Assembly (NCBI GenBank): GCA_965637545.1
Contig: OZ281494.1
Coordinates: 16,616,001 to 16,680,000 of the forward strand
Direction: 5' to 3'
Source: Phallusia mammillata
Taxonomy: Eukaryota
Length of the DNA stretch: 64,000 nt
The notes under the pieces are model-generated. The model searched no databases. It was not told the origin of the DNA and saw only the letters and a list, made by a program, of their open reading frames with translations. Position numbers and translations under genes: made by a program. Positions within the stretch are counted from its first letter, which is position 1, and every line of letters begins with the position of its first letter. Of this stretch, positions 38,801 to 51,716 are shown one piece after another.

Positions 38801-39788
38801 TAAAAACTTAAGTATTTGACAATTATAAAGTTAAGGAAGATAGGTTTTGTTATTTTATCACATTGTCAAAATTATTTCCGATTAAAAATGCTTCTACAAA
38901 CGATTCATATTTGATCTGTTTAACCTCACCATATTTTTCGTTACAACTGCTATTTAACCTACTGATAGCTGACTGCTGGAACATTTATGCGGAAATAACG
39001 TGTAACTGCAGACAGTTCTGTGTAGGGGTCAACTTCCGAACAATTCACAGAAACTTTGGGCATACGTGTGCCAAACCGCTTCATAGAAAGGGGTTGGTAA
39101 ACATGTTTATTCTTCTAATGTCGTAGAAACATAGCTCTGTTTTACAGAAACAAATTTGTTTTGTTGCAAACATCGTAGATTCCACTGCTAAAAATGGTGT
39201 CAAGTCAGCACGGATTGTTGTAAATAACATGAATGTTTTGTATGTCAAGTAGGACAACCTTTTTTCAAATTTCTTTAGTGTTCTTAATGCAAGAAGCGTC
39301 CGAACAAAAGTTAATATCACGCTCACATTCTTCGTGATCTAACTCATTACTGCTGTCTTGTGTCTGCAACACCAAGCACTACTAGCTTTGCATACCTTGC
39401 TTAAATGCTTTGTGGTCGTGTTGGGATTTGAAGGTAATGTCCCAGATAAGTTTTGTAAAACGTGTATTAATACATTTTTTTTCACAGCACGAACCAAAAA
39501 AATAGATATACCGAAACGCATTTGAATCGGAAAATGCAGTACATGAACAAAAACTACAAGTGGTATGATGTATCTAAAAAACAGCTTCGTAATACTTGAT
39601 CACTCCAAGTCCATGTATCCATAGTTTTTTAGGGGTATTGGAGTTTCGTAAACGTCGACTTCTGGCTGTGTTTGCTGCGTAACATTGTTGTTTTGTGGGG
39701 CAGATTGTTCTGTTCCTGACAATGTAACTACGTTTTTGAACTTGTTATTGTTAGCCACAAAATAATTTACCTGGGTTGGATATTACTT
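35277..39788 (+). repeat. Segmental duplication block 1, copy A (copy B at 55882-60751)
   Basis: Colinear near-identity in exons, introns and intergenic DNA, e.g. 36350-37000 vs 57345-58000 and 38750-39500 vs 59680-60480. Confidence 0.9.
37019..38742 (-). pseudogene. R16: type-Y CUB receptor with tandem ITIMs; 8-nt deletion in CUB exon 1
   Basis: Signal exon MTVVDKTWKYFVLETEAHLKVLVITVVLT. The aagttttg present in R23 is missing near 38447, causing a frameshift. TM ITVIIIAAATAGAVGITALAVIIVILL and tail SEYAEV, LVYSEI, VDNILY are open. Confidence 0.7.
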
Positions 39789-41050
39789 CCCACTCTTTGT
39801 CAATATCTTGCAATTCCTTACGGAGTCTTTTTCTGTCAGCAGCTGTTTTTCTAAATTAGCAAAAAAAATTCGGGATATCATTGAAGTAAACAAAACGCAA
39901 TTTTAATATCTGCAAAGTTTTTTAAACCGCTTTTGCCCAAGGTATTATGTAATCATTCGATGAATAAGATTACTTTTATAAAATGTTATTCTTTAACTTA
40001 CCTCAGAAACACTAGCGCCACGATAAGACCAATCACCAATAAACCTATCACTGAACCCATCACTATTGGCAACACGATGTTTTCATCATTTGCATCAATT
40101 TGCCCTGGTTGTAATGGTGTTGGCGGATTAAGCATACCTGAAGTAAAACAATTTTTTTGCAACTAACAATAATTTACGTTTAATGGTCTTTAACTTTAGC
40201 AATATAATTGTACGTCTTAAACACATTACACTAAAAAATTATGTTGCAAGTTTCAGTATTTTTTACTAAGAGGACCTTTTGCTTGCTTGTTCATATTTGG
40301 CTTTGACGTGTACGTTCCATATGCATCGGTTGCGGCTTTTTGTGATGGTGAAGTTGCGTTTATGACTGAAAACGAATAAACGCTCAAAACATCAAAAAAT
40401 ATGGTAAAGGGTAAAGAGATTATCGAAGTCACTTAAAAGTTAACCTACATTGTGTACACATGTTGTAATGGAAATGAACGCGGTTTTTGATTTGGCTGGA
40501 GGATGGAGTCACAACTATGTTCGACCAGTTTGGAATTTGTAACAGCTCGCAGTTTTGGTCGCACGACGATTGAGATGGGGAAAAAGTTTGACCATCTTTC
40601 GTCAGTAGAACACAGGTTCCTACACCACAAAAAAACAAAGTCTTGTATGCATCTAAAAAGGAATAAAGGTATTTGGATACTAACCAGAAGTATATGAATT
40701 TCTAAAATAAGACGGCACGGTAGCTGGTCTGACCGTTCCAGCTAAAACATGGATTTGTACCGCGCTGTTCTGTGTATTAGCTTGTAACTTAATGTCGCAT
40801 GTGAAGTAATTAGATGATGACAAGTTAATTGTTGATGACGTGGATGAGACTTCCAAAGGTTTTGTGGGACAAATATCAAATTGTCCGAATGTTCCTGCAA
40901 ACAATAACAACTTAAATACCATTAATATTGTAATGTTGTATCAATCTGTGTAAATTTAAACTGCTATTTGATAAGAATACCTGTCCAAAATCCATAAGGG
41001 TATGTGAATGGTTGCCACGCAGTAGTCGCCGCTGTCGTGGTAAGTCCTGT
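39600..41050 (-). CDS. R17: divergent CUB-like receptor, class B tail
   Basis: Ectodomain exons at about 40685-40890 and 40450-40615 are related to R1/R3. TM IVLPIVMGSVIGLLVIGLIVALVFL; tail exons 39771-39850 and 39600-39715 (DVYETPIPLKNYGYMDLE*). The signal exon is unresolved. Confidence 0.7.
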
Positions 41051-42273
41051 TTGAAAAACCAAAACACACACCTTTTTTAGTAAAGAAACTTTTGAAACCT
41101 AACAATTTTTAGTCGCATTGAAAAAAACTGTCTTTGAACAAAAAACTAAAAATGTCAAAAAGCACAAGAACACTGCAAAAACTGGAAAACTGTACATTGT
41201 CATTGACCACGTTTGAAGACCTTTAAAAGATCGTGGGCGATAACACTGTTTTGAAGTACTTACCTAAACCAACTATATTGAAAGTGTTTGTGCTGAAAAT
41301 GCATCACTAATATTTGTACAACAAAGAGACTTTTTCAAAACAATGATTCAATTTTTGTTTTAAAATTTACTAACCGCTTTTAATTTGAAGCCTAATTTAG
41401 CACCTTGTCCTTACCTTTTATTGTATTTGATGATACTAATAATAAGCTTATCATGTAAACACTTTTTACGTTCATGGTTGAAAAGCAGCTAGCGCACATC
41501 GTCTTAAAATCAAGCTAATAACAACAATGACAACACTGAACCCGAATTCTTTATTCAGCATGTTAAATAACGTCTACAAGACTTGAGTTACATAACGGGG
41601 TGTGCTAAGTTGGGCGATTGCCTTTATTGTCAGGGAATGGGATTTGTGTGAAGTATTTTGGTCGCACTCCGTTGTTTTGTGTTCCGTTTTTGTCGTGATG
41701 TAATTAATGCACCAACTCTACGTGGCAGAGAACTTCAATGCCCCGAACCTGTCTTCCGCAACACGTTACATGAATAAGCGAATTAGATTAGTCATGCTCT
41801 ACTTTCCAAATTGTATTTTCGGGCACGTTGACAACCAACAGTTGAATGAAACATATTTCCTCAGACTAAACCATATGTAGCCTTTTAACATGGATTGAGT
41901 CAAAACTACATGCCAGCCAATTGATTAAGGTTAGCAAAACCGCCTTTGTCATGTCCCGAGTCCTTGTGACCATATTTGGAAGTGAAGCAAATAAGGCTAA
42001 CCAATCACTTAGCTAAAACCAGATTTTTGAGCTATTTGTAATCGACTTTAGACCCAGCAGACCACAATTACACCGCCAGCGTGCGTTGATTAGTTGCTAG
42101 GCACGATTTGCTTTCCTGTCACAGCATCGGACTGTGAATCATCGATCGTTGTGCCGTTTGGTAGTCGACAGCGAAACATTGTTTATACTGCTAGTTGTTA
42201 AGCAGCCTTATTTAAACGTAATACATGTTACAAGATTAGATTAATAATATGACAAACACAAGTTTGGTTTGCG

Positions 42274-43207
42274 CTACTCCCGAAAAGTCGTGGTTGAGTG
42301 TATGCTTGCAGTTTCGGGGTCAACTTGTGACGAAAGATACATGACATTGTCCAAAATGACGCGTTGCGATTTAGAGTCTTCGTCTTCGCTTTCCTCTTGA
42401 ATTTCCTGCATTCCAGAGTCCTGGATCAATCTAGATCTACCGCGTCGGGCACGCCTCCCGGGTTCCTTAATTTGATTGGTGAATGCCATGTTGGCTGACC
42501 CAATCAGTGGGCTTCTTGCAGGCGAAGGTGCCAGGCTCCATGAGGAGCTTGCTGCTGACGATGGCATACTGTCCAATCCTTTGTCTATGCTCCCATACGT
42601 AAACTCCACAGGTGTGTAGGTATTGGGTTGCGGCTTTTCAGTGCGGTGAGTTTTTTTCTTGAACCTGAAAAAGTAAAAAAGCACTTTGAATCATTTTTCG
42701 GGGAAACTGTGGGAATATTTTGGGGAAAGTGTGCACAATAACTGTTGTTATTTGCCCCAGCACACTACTATACATGGTTACTGTACAGTACAGATTACAC
42801 TCACCTAGTCCTGACAAAACATGAAATTGCCACTATTGCACCAGCTATCACAATTGCAGAACCCACAGCAATGCCAATGATTAGGTAAAGATTCTCGGAG
42901 TCGGTATCGTTAGAATCTGGTTTAGTGAAAACTTTTGCTACATCGTCAGGCGGTGGCGTTTTAGTTGTATTTTGACTCCGCACACAGACAAAAACTGAAA
43001 CGTGATACATTGGATTTAACATTTTAATTTATTTCAACAATTCTCTACCACTTTGATGGCACAATTAAGTTGTTTGGAAGGTTATTTTACCTTATTTTAA
43101 TAATAGCAGTTTTAATTAAACCGATTTGATCTTAACCGGCTTACACACCAAAATATCATCTCACCTGCACATATTCCTAACAACTTCCTACTAAATGATC
43201 TAACCAT
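42274..43207 (-). CDS. R18: membrane adaptor-like member with a ~30-aa ectodomain
   Basis: Signal exon 43165-43207 (MVRSFSRKLLGICA) splices in phase 1 to VFVCVRS|QNTTKTPPP..ENLYLIIGIAVGSAIVIAGAIVAISCFV, then in phase 2 to a ~130-aa tail (FTYGSI, Ser-rich and acidic stretches, LDNVMY). Confidence 0.7.
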
Positions 43208-43705
43208 AATTATCTTGAATAAATGACATTTCAAACACTAAACTTAAACAACGTGCATATTGTTTTAACAGCTGGTCCAGTAGTCAGTCATATACTGCCT
43301 GCTGTATTACTGAATCTCGAAACATCGTTATGACGACTAAATCGTATAAGCCTATTTGTCATCACGGAGCTAATTCGTCCTGCGGTTAGATCAGTCCATT
43401 GTTATCGATTTGTGTGCACAGAAACGTCTGGTAGATATAGCTTTGGAAAATAATATTTGACAAAAGTATTGCTTTGCCCTAGAAAAAGACTTTCTTTTTT
43501 TTGAATGTTTATTAGCCTTGCACAAAAATCAATGGCATTATAATTTAAAAATACGAATACAAATGCTTGTGTTTTTCATCACGCAAATAAATAATAGTGT
43601 TGCAATTTCGTTAAAACAGTTTCATGATACGACCACTTTTTCTCAGAGCACGTGCACGACAACAAATATTAGAAGTCAGTATCCAGTACCAGGGGTTGTT
43701 GCTTG

Positions 43706-45569
43706 TTATTGATTTGGTCGCACATTCACATAAAAACTGGTCTGATTGTGGCGAGGGCTCATAACCTCGTATTCGCTTCCGGTGCTGGTGACTGATGGTC
43801 TCATTGTAGCGTATTTTGATTGCGCTTTAATTTCTTCGTACGGGCATTCCACTACTGTTGCTGATACTTCAGAGTAATGGTTAGCAGCAACAGGATCTGT
43901 TTTTAAATTAAAACATCACGAGAATTATTTTTTGTAGCCTAATTGTTTCTGTAAAGCCCTGTTACTAACTACTGTTTAGCGAGGTCGCCGATCTGTTTAT
44001 GGTTTTTAATAGTGACAACCAAGGGCATTAAAAGGGCAATTCAACATGGTGGACACACTTTATAGCCGAGATAGTTGTAATATTTGTCCATTTTTTCATT
44101 TTAGTTTTATGTGGGTTAAAATCTGAGTAAACACATACAAATTCTTTAGAAAAAATTACCTGTTTGCGTGTCAAGGTTGCCAATATATTCAAGGGTTTTC
44201 TTCTTTTTCCTGTTAAAAAATCAAAGCTTCAATTGCAAACGGTTTACCTTAAAAATCTTGTTAAACAATTTTTACATTCGATGCCTTTTTATATTCGATG
44301 CGAGTGTTTTTTCTCACCTTAATTTCACAGCAAGGCAGATAATCATGAATATAGCCAACGGTCCCAAAACACCGACAATAGCAACGACCTTTAAATTAAA
44401 TCCACCAGGGTTCTTATCTAGAAAAAAATACGAGCCAGTAGATAGATTCATAATAGTCAAAACATCCTGTGCAAAATAGAAACTCACAGATTTTTGCGTC
44501 GATTTTGAATAAAGTTGTGGTTGGTTCCATTGACGATTGGTTAAAAATAAACGGCGTTGGTCGTTCGACATGTGGTACTGCAATTTAAACATAGTACATA
44601 ATTTTAAAAAATAAATAAATAAAGAATAAATACTAATATGGCTTTAAGATTTTAAAATTTTATTTTTGAATCATGTTTTTTGCGGTTAAATTGTATGTTT
44701 CGTGGCAAGAGAAATATTGCACAAAAATGCCAACTACACTGTTTACATTTTCCGTAAATACCTCCACAGTCAATCACGTGATACGATAAGTTGAAGCCAC
44801 GACCCTCATATTTTTCATCCGAGCGAAATGAAATTTGATATCCAGCATCGTTTATTCTTACTGCTCGAATGAACTTTGAATTACAAACTTTTTGGCGTCT
44901 TGCTTCTCTTGCGCAATTCCATGCTGATAAGTGGTTGCTCACCAGAGCGTAACAAACCGGAAATGTCGTAGCACTTCCACAGCGAAAATATGGTACCGCT
45001 TAATTAACAAAAAGAAACGATTTTTAGTTACACAGTTGTGCATCATCACACATTTTGTAATTTAAATTTTACACAATATATTATTTTCGATTTTGGTTTT
45101 AGGAATTTTTATTCAAAATTATACTTTTTTAAAAATTTATGCGTTATATTTGCCTTTTACAATAAAATATAGAAAATATCATAAGTGTTCCCTGAACAAA
45201 ACATATTTGGTTATACCTATCATAACTATATTTATCTACTTGCCTTGTCGTAGTAACACTTGATCAGCACATAGCACATCCATATAATTGAAATCAATCA
45301 CCACTGCCTGATGCTTGACAACCGCATTTATTTTCCATTTGCACTTTTGGTTCTTTGGGTAAGTTCCATGATTGTCAAAGTTGGGCGAGGTCACGAAACC
45401 CGACCGATTATGAAGAAATCTTTGTGATTGTGGCACATCACAACTTGATCGAGCATAGTTTACGAAGCCTAACAAAGCGTTTTAAACGTTAGGACCCGAT
45501 TGTGTTGTTGCCTTAAACAACAAACTTACCCAAAAACGTCAGAAAATACAATATTGAATTTATTTCCAT
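43706..45569 (-). CDS. R19: canonical-looking CUB receptor with a five-tyrosine class B tail
   Basis: Signal MEINSILYFLTFL; CUB SCD..SGFVTSPNF..YPKNQKCKW / FRCG..FRSDEKYEGRGFNLSY; stalk; TM VVAIVGVLGPLAIFMIICLAV; short exon RKKKKTLEYIGNLDTQT; last exon 43706-43896 with YSEV, YEEI, YATM, YEVM, YVNV. Confidence 0.85.
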
Positions 45570-46114
45570 TTTGAAAAATCAATTAGTAATATCTGGTATG
45601 AACTTCAAGATATTGCTTCTTTCCTCTTACACCAATCCTCTACGTCTTCTTTTTTAACGATTGCAGATTTTTCTATACCTTACACTCAACCCTAAGGGCC
45701 GAATTTCTTTTCTCGCTTAGAAAAGCTAACCAGAAGAACAAAGTTGGAATGATGGAAAACAGATGTATTGGGCGATGTACAGTTTGCTTCATGGCATGAA
45801 TCACAATAGATGTCACGAGTGAAATCTAGGTGCCAACCTAATTTCATTTGTAATATCAGACGTCTACAGCCATTGAAAATTTTTGACAATACAAAAGCCT
45901 CAAACTAATATGTCTAGATTTCGGTTGTAGCAAAATGAGGTATTGAAGTCTTTAGCACTTCATAGACATTTCAAATGAAAAAACATTGCTTGAGATTGTT
46001 TGCTGCAGTTTGAGGAATAATTTTGAGACGCAAATAGAAACATATAAAACAATGCATGTTCAGTGTCAACATTTACCATCGTCAATGTGTTTTTTGTGTA
46101 AGTGACATTAGCAG

Positions 46115-48523
46115 TCAAACATTAGACGTATTTGATTCTGCTGGAGGAGTTGGTAGGCTTCTTTTTTCCATATTGTTGTTGTAACTTCCAGTCCTGCGAG
46201 CAGAAATCTCGGCGCTTTCATACAAAATATTGTTTACGATTTGTTTCTCGCTTTCCGGTTTGTCCGTCACTGACACGCAACAGTATACGTCACGATCAGT
46301 GATCACCCTTCCCCTTTCAAAAACCGTTACGTCATTCGCTGCGACATAACTCCTTGAGTGACTGTTGAAACTTTCCTCGCTTTTAATTTGTCTAAATGTT
46401 GTCGTTGTTGTTTGACTGTTAGCCATGAGCGGAACAGGATCAGACATAGTATAGGGGTTAAGGTTTTCACTTTCTTCGTTATTATTTTGGGGTTGAGCTG
46501 AACTCTTGTTGGAATTTCTGTAAAGTAACTTTATTGAAATGCTGCAATAAATCGAAACGAGGTAAGAGTGTATCGCTTTGCAAGTTGGTATGTTTGATCA
46601 TGGATCTTAGTTTCTAATCACAAGCCTTGTTATTACTTTTCCAAGAACAACTTCGACACTGTCTGTGCTAAAGTTAATTAAAGACCGCTCGCAAGTTTTT
46701 CTAGGAAAGTTGACATCGTCATTATACTGCTAGCGATGACGTGTTACATGGTTTTACTGTCTGGCATATGTTTATTTTTTTGCCTAAATTTAAATATGTT
46801 CACAGTAGCCTATTTTTGTTTAGTCGTTTCGTTTGCCTTTTTTCATGATTAGCACTACAATTTTATGTTAGAATATATTAGAAGAAAAAGGGGTATGTTT
46901 GATTAATCCTTACCTGCGTACACACAGTATAACCACAGCTAGTGTAGTGCCCACCATTAGAAATGCTACCACTCCTGCCATAACATATAATATCTCCCTT
47001 CCTGAAAACACAAGTTTTTATAAATATAGATATGATCTAAAAATAGTATGATGAAAATGTTTTTCACTACAATACCAAACCGTTTAGTTCAGATTAAACG
47101 TAGTGGAAAAAGCGTATTTTGTTTCGTTTGGTAAAACTGTTCAAATTACACCAACCTACGGAGGCTTGAACCTCCATTGCTGTTGTTGAGAATGTTGTTG
47201 TTGTTGTTTTGATTGTGGTTGTTTTTGTTGGCTCGTGCGAAAAAGTCGTTGATGTTGACAAGGTGTTGATCTGTGTTAACGTTTTCAAGGTCGATGAAAT
47301 TGTGGATTGCGTTGTTGGCAAGGGAATCGGTGGAGCTTGGGTTGGATCAAACATTGGTTCCGTTGGTTCCATTTGTATTCCTAAAGTAGACAACACTTAA
47401 ATCTTCTGTAAACCCGACTTCGGTCGCGGCCATAAGTCCTATAGATTTTCACCTTTCGTGATGTTTTCAATGTTGAATGCCAAAGCAAAGCCCTCTCTTT
47501 GGTTTATGCTGTCGGTGTAGAATCTAATCCTAAATTCATTGTTGCTGCTGATCAGATTTCCATTAACTGAACTGCAGATACGTCGGGCAGCGGATCCACT
47601 AAAGGCAGATGTCGCGGATGTTCCTATTACGTAACAGAGCTGCGTGTTTGTGGTTCCACAAAGAATTTTTGCATCTTTTTCTCCTGAACGACACGTAATT
47701 TTTTAGAAGGCTGCTACATGTTATGAAAAAAATATATTGTCTGACTTCCGCAGTAAAATAGTCATATAGTTAAACAGTACTTTAAAATACTAAAGCACTC
47801 ACCAGGTAGGAGCTCAAGCTGATCAACACAATTTCTTTGGTCACAAAATCCGTTTTGCTTGCAGAGATTAGAGTCGCTCTCTAAATCCAACTTCAAAATC
47901 CTAACTACAAGGATTTCTTGTTCCGGATTTACTTGGAAGATCCAGTCGCATCTTTGGTTAGCTGAATACCGGCCGTCGATAACTGGAGCAACTAACACTC
48001 CTGTTTTCTGAGTGATAGCGCGGTTGGCGTCTGGCACATTACAAGACAGTGTTGCAGTTTGCGACGCTGCCGTGTGTACTGCAAGGTAGAAACGTATTCT
48101 GATTAGAAGTACTGCCACGATTCAATATACAAGTTTGCTATTAAAAATCGCACAGAATGTCTGCAAAAGTGTACATTACTCATTGTATAGATCCAAACAG
48201 CAACATACAAATTAAAAAAAACACAACTTTCAAGTAAGTTATATATTTGCACATTTGGAAAATTGTACAGTGCTTGGCCGCATTAATCAACCAAATCAGG
48301 ATGTTAAAACTGTTTCAACCTTACAAAAAGTAGAGGTATAAAATCCAACTCTCACAACTCTTCCAAGTTCGACTTATGCCATGACACAACATAGGTTTGT
48401 AATTTAGTAAAATAATAACTATTTGGACTCAAATTTACGCATACTGTAAGTTTTAATGTATAAATTACCTGCTAAAAAAAGCCACAACAATTTATTTCGA
48501 AAATCAGGAGACTTCGCAAACAT
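46115..48523 (-). CDS. R20: 8-Cys CUB receptor with long mucin stalk, class A tail
   Basis: Signal MFAKSPDFRNKLLWLFLA; CUB LSCN..YSANQRCDW..CVDQL / ILCG..RFYTDSINQREGFAL; Thr stalk; TM ILYVMAGVVAFLMVGTTLAVVILCV; tail NPYTM, DVYCCV, IVNNILY. Confidence 0.85.
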
Positions 48524-49932
48524 TTTTCCCTGTTATTAGTGAAAACAAATTTATTTAATTTACAGTTCTGCAAAAAAATAATAACTGACATACTGACAGT
48601 CAATGTACTCAATCAAAGTTTCTGATGCCTCTGAGCTATTTTTTGTTGAAACCAACACCGTTTCCCGATAACATAAAAGCGACTAAATTCAAATTTTAGC
48701 AAAGAGGATTATTGGTCACTTGTTTTCACTGGTAAAGTAGCGTCATCCCATGAGCGCACCGAAATTTACCCGAGCTACATAAAATAAGCTTTCAAAGCAA
48801 CGTGAGGTGATTCCAATCACGTTGTACTGTTAATCGTTTCTGCTTTATATATCCCGGGTACATTTTATTGTTTCAAAGATAATTGCTTTACTGCCTTTAA
48901 CCCGAGTTTAGATAATAACAACGCTAGTTTAGTATACAAACAATGTTCGTTTAAAATATGAGTAATAAAATTTTACTCTGAATCACATATATTACACCCG
49001 ATAACACAACAACACACAGTTTAGCGCAGTTCTAACTAAAAACGCAATTAGGTTTTGAATTAAAGAAATACTTTTTTGGAACTATTGGTCCAAGTCACAA
49101 CATATTTCATGTTTTGGCACTTGAAATTTAGCAACAAATTAAAATCCCTTGTCATTTTGGCAAGAAGTTGGCAGTCAACGCACTCATTTAGGTTTGCTTA
49201 ATACGGAAATAGTATGAGCAGGACTTTGGTCCCAACGCCATTCATTAATGCAAGGAAGTTGCGTTCTCCGTGTCAAATATAATTTTTAAACAGTTCTCTT
49301 TGTCCCTGTGTTTAAATTATATAGCTAAACTGGGCAATTATATAGCTAAACTCGTTTAAAATTGCCACGGGAGTCTTACACATATATTTACAGTTTACAT
49401 GTTTTAAGGTTTTTTTCTGTAAGTTACATATTTTGGCGTCGTATCTTCAAAAAACTTATGTGGGTTTATTATTGTTTATTTTTTATATTTAGTTTGATTG
49501 GCAATGAAACAAGAGTAGAACAAAATTTCACAAAAAAATACGATCAAAAGCAACAAAATCAGTGTTGGCAAACGTTGGTGAATCAGTGGTAACACCATAT
49601 TTGGCTGCGATGCAGACTGAATATAACTGGCACCCTCTTCTTGCTAACTTGGGTTTCGAATGGCAGAGCGTCGTCGCATGAATTGTACAAAAAAAGTTCA
49701 AGCGAATAATCACACGGCACGCCATACTGAACAAATTATTTCAAGCATGCTTTACAATATAAAACATAAAGTTACAGAAACTTATTATTGGCGTGTTTCA
49801 GCAATTGATTAGACTTTTAGTCTGGGAACGATGACTGCAGCAAACATGTGATTTTCACGTTTGGTCATTTGAAGGCGCGCTTCTATATATACGGACTAGT
49901 ACTAGTATGTACTAATCTACTCGGAAAGTTTG

Positions 49933-51716
49933 TCACATGTTCATGTACGTAGCATCATAGGAAACTCGGCGAGCAGGTATCGGCGCCTCATAGAAGTCCT
50001 CGGTGGTTGTTTCGTTCACATATATGCTGTTATGATCGGCCTTTTGCTGCTTAGAACCCTCTCCTTGCGTGCCAACATTGATGTACATTGGTTGCTCACC
50101 AGTAGGTTGTGATTTTTCGGTCGCTGTTTCTTGCGTATCAGCTTCAGGTACTTGCTCCTGAACTGAAAGTGGATGTTCGCTACCTATAAAATCATGCAAA
50201 AACACAGAAAATTAAGAATAAAAAATGCGTGTTAAACAAGTCATATTGAAGTGAACAAAGTTATATTTAAACTAAAATGGTTTAGTGTTGTTAGTTGCGT
50301 TGTCAATTAAAACTTCGTTGTTTTTTAGCCAAACACAGTGATTTTTGGATGCACAATTTATTGCCAACATAGTTTGATCATAGGACGAAATTAATTTGCT
50401 TTTTTGTACCTACGTCGTTTTGTTCGTGCTGGCTTGTCGTTGCCCCTAAAACAGAATAACATGAACAAAAGTTGTACTAGATAAAATATTATTAGCTCCG
50501 ACTTCCAAAAGTATATTTATTACATATTAGCAATCAATGCTGCAGCCTCGAAATTACGTTTTAAAATTAGGTGACTTACCTTATCATGCAACACACTAAT
50601 ATTACGATGGCTGCAATCGCCACTAATCCTCCCGCAACGATTCCAATTATTGCTTCCGTTCGTAATGAAGTTGCTTCTGGATTGGGAGCCAGCACTGAAA
50701 CACACAAACATCACTTTGTTCTCATGACCGTTGTGTGCGTATTGAGTAATGTGGTTAGTGCAATATGAACTATTTTGTTGAATAAGGAGGAAGTAAAGAA
50801 GCGCTTTTTAAGAAGTTGGGGGTTCGATTGCTGTTTGCGAGCAAGTTTTGTCATGATAAACTTTCGACTTAGTGACTATAATATAAATCTGTCACAATGG
50901 AAACTCGTGCATTATGTGAAAAAAAAAAAACAAATAAAAAAACGCTTACCAGGACAGTCGGTCAAAGTGTAGTTCATTTTTAACACGACACCAGCCGGAG
51001 CGCTGGAGTTAATTGCTAGTGTGAACCAAGGGTAATTTCCACTAAAGTTTTTCACGTTCATCCCCGGCAAGTGGCAAGTACTGTCTGTGGATTGAAGGAC
51101 AAAGCACTCGGTGTTGTTTATGCTCATAGGCCCCATGTAGGTCATTCCTTCAAACAAATGTATATTCTTTATACTGTAGTTTTTAAATTTAAAATTCAAC
51201 ATTATTATGTTTAACGTAAAAACATTCTTTGTTTATATTGTTACTACGTAACTTCGATTTGAAAATAATAATCCTTAATCAATGACTCAACTACCAGCAC
51301 CTTTTAAAGTAATATTACAAAAATACAACTGTTACGGATAAGTTGTATACTCAAATATAATAATCAAACTTCAGGAAACTGACAAAATAAAGCCAGAAAA
51401 CCAACCTGATGGGAACTGAATTTTTGTGTTCTCATTTAGCAGTTCAATTTTGCCGATGAACACTAACTTAACGGACGGAAATGGGATATCTTGTGTTCTA
51501 GTTAAGTTATATTGAGCATTGGTGTAGCTATACTCTTGGTCAAGGTTAAAGTCGCCGCATTGAAGTTGGGCTTGAGTTGTTCTTTGAAATAGAACCACTA
51601 CACATAGAAATAGTTAGTATGTTAATTACACTGCAGAATTTATCTCATTTGTTTGATTACTTACCTTCTACGATAAGAAGATAAAACTTGAATGATTTAA
51701 TGTAGCAGAAATTCAT
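49933..51716 (-). CDS. R21: divergent CUB-like receptor, class B tail ending YMNM
   Basis: Exons 51665-51716, 51406-51597, 50950-51147, 50580-50694 (TM AIIGIVAGGLVAIAAIVILVCCMI), 50414-50445 and 49933-50183 (MYINV, IYVNE, FYEAP, TYMNM*). Phases are 1-1-1-2-1. Confidence 0.8.
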
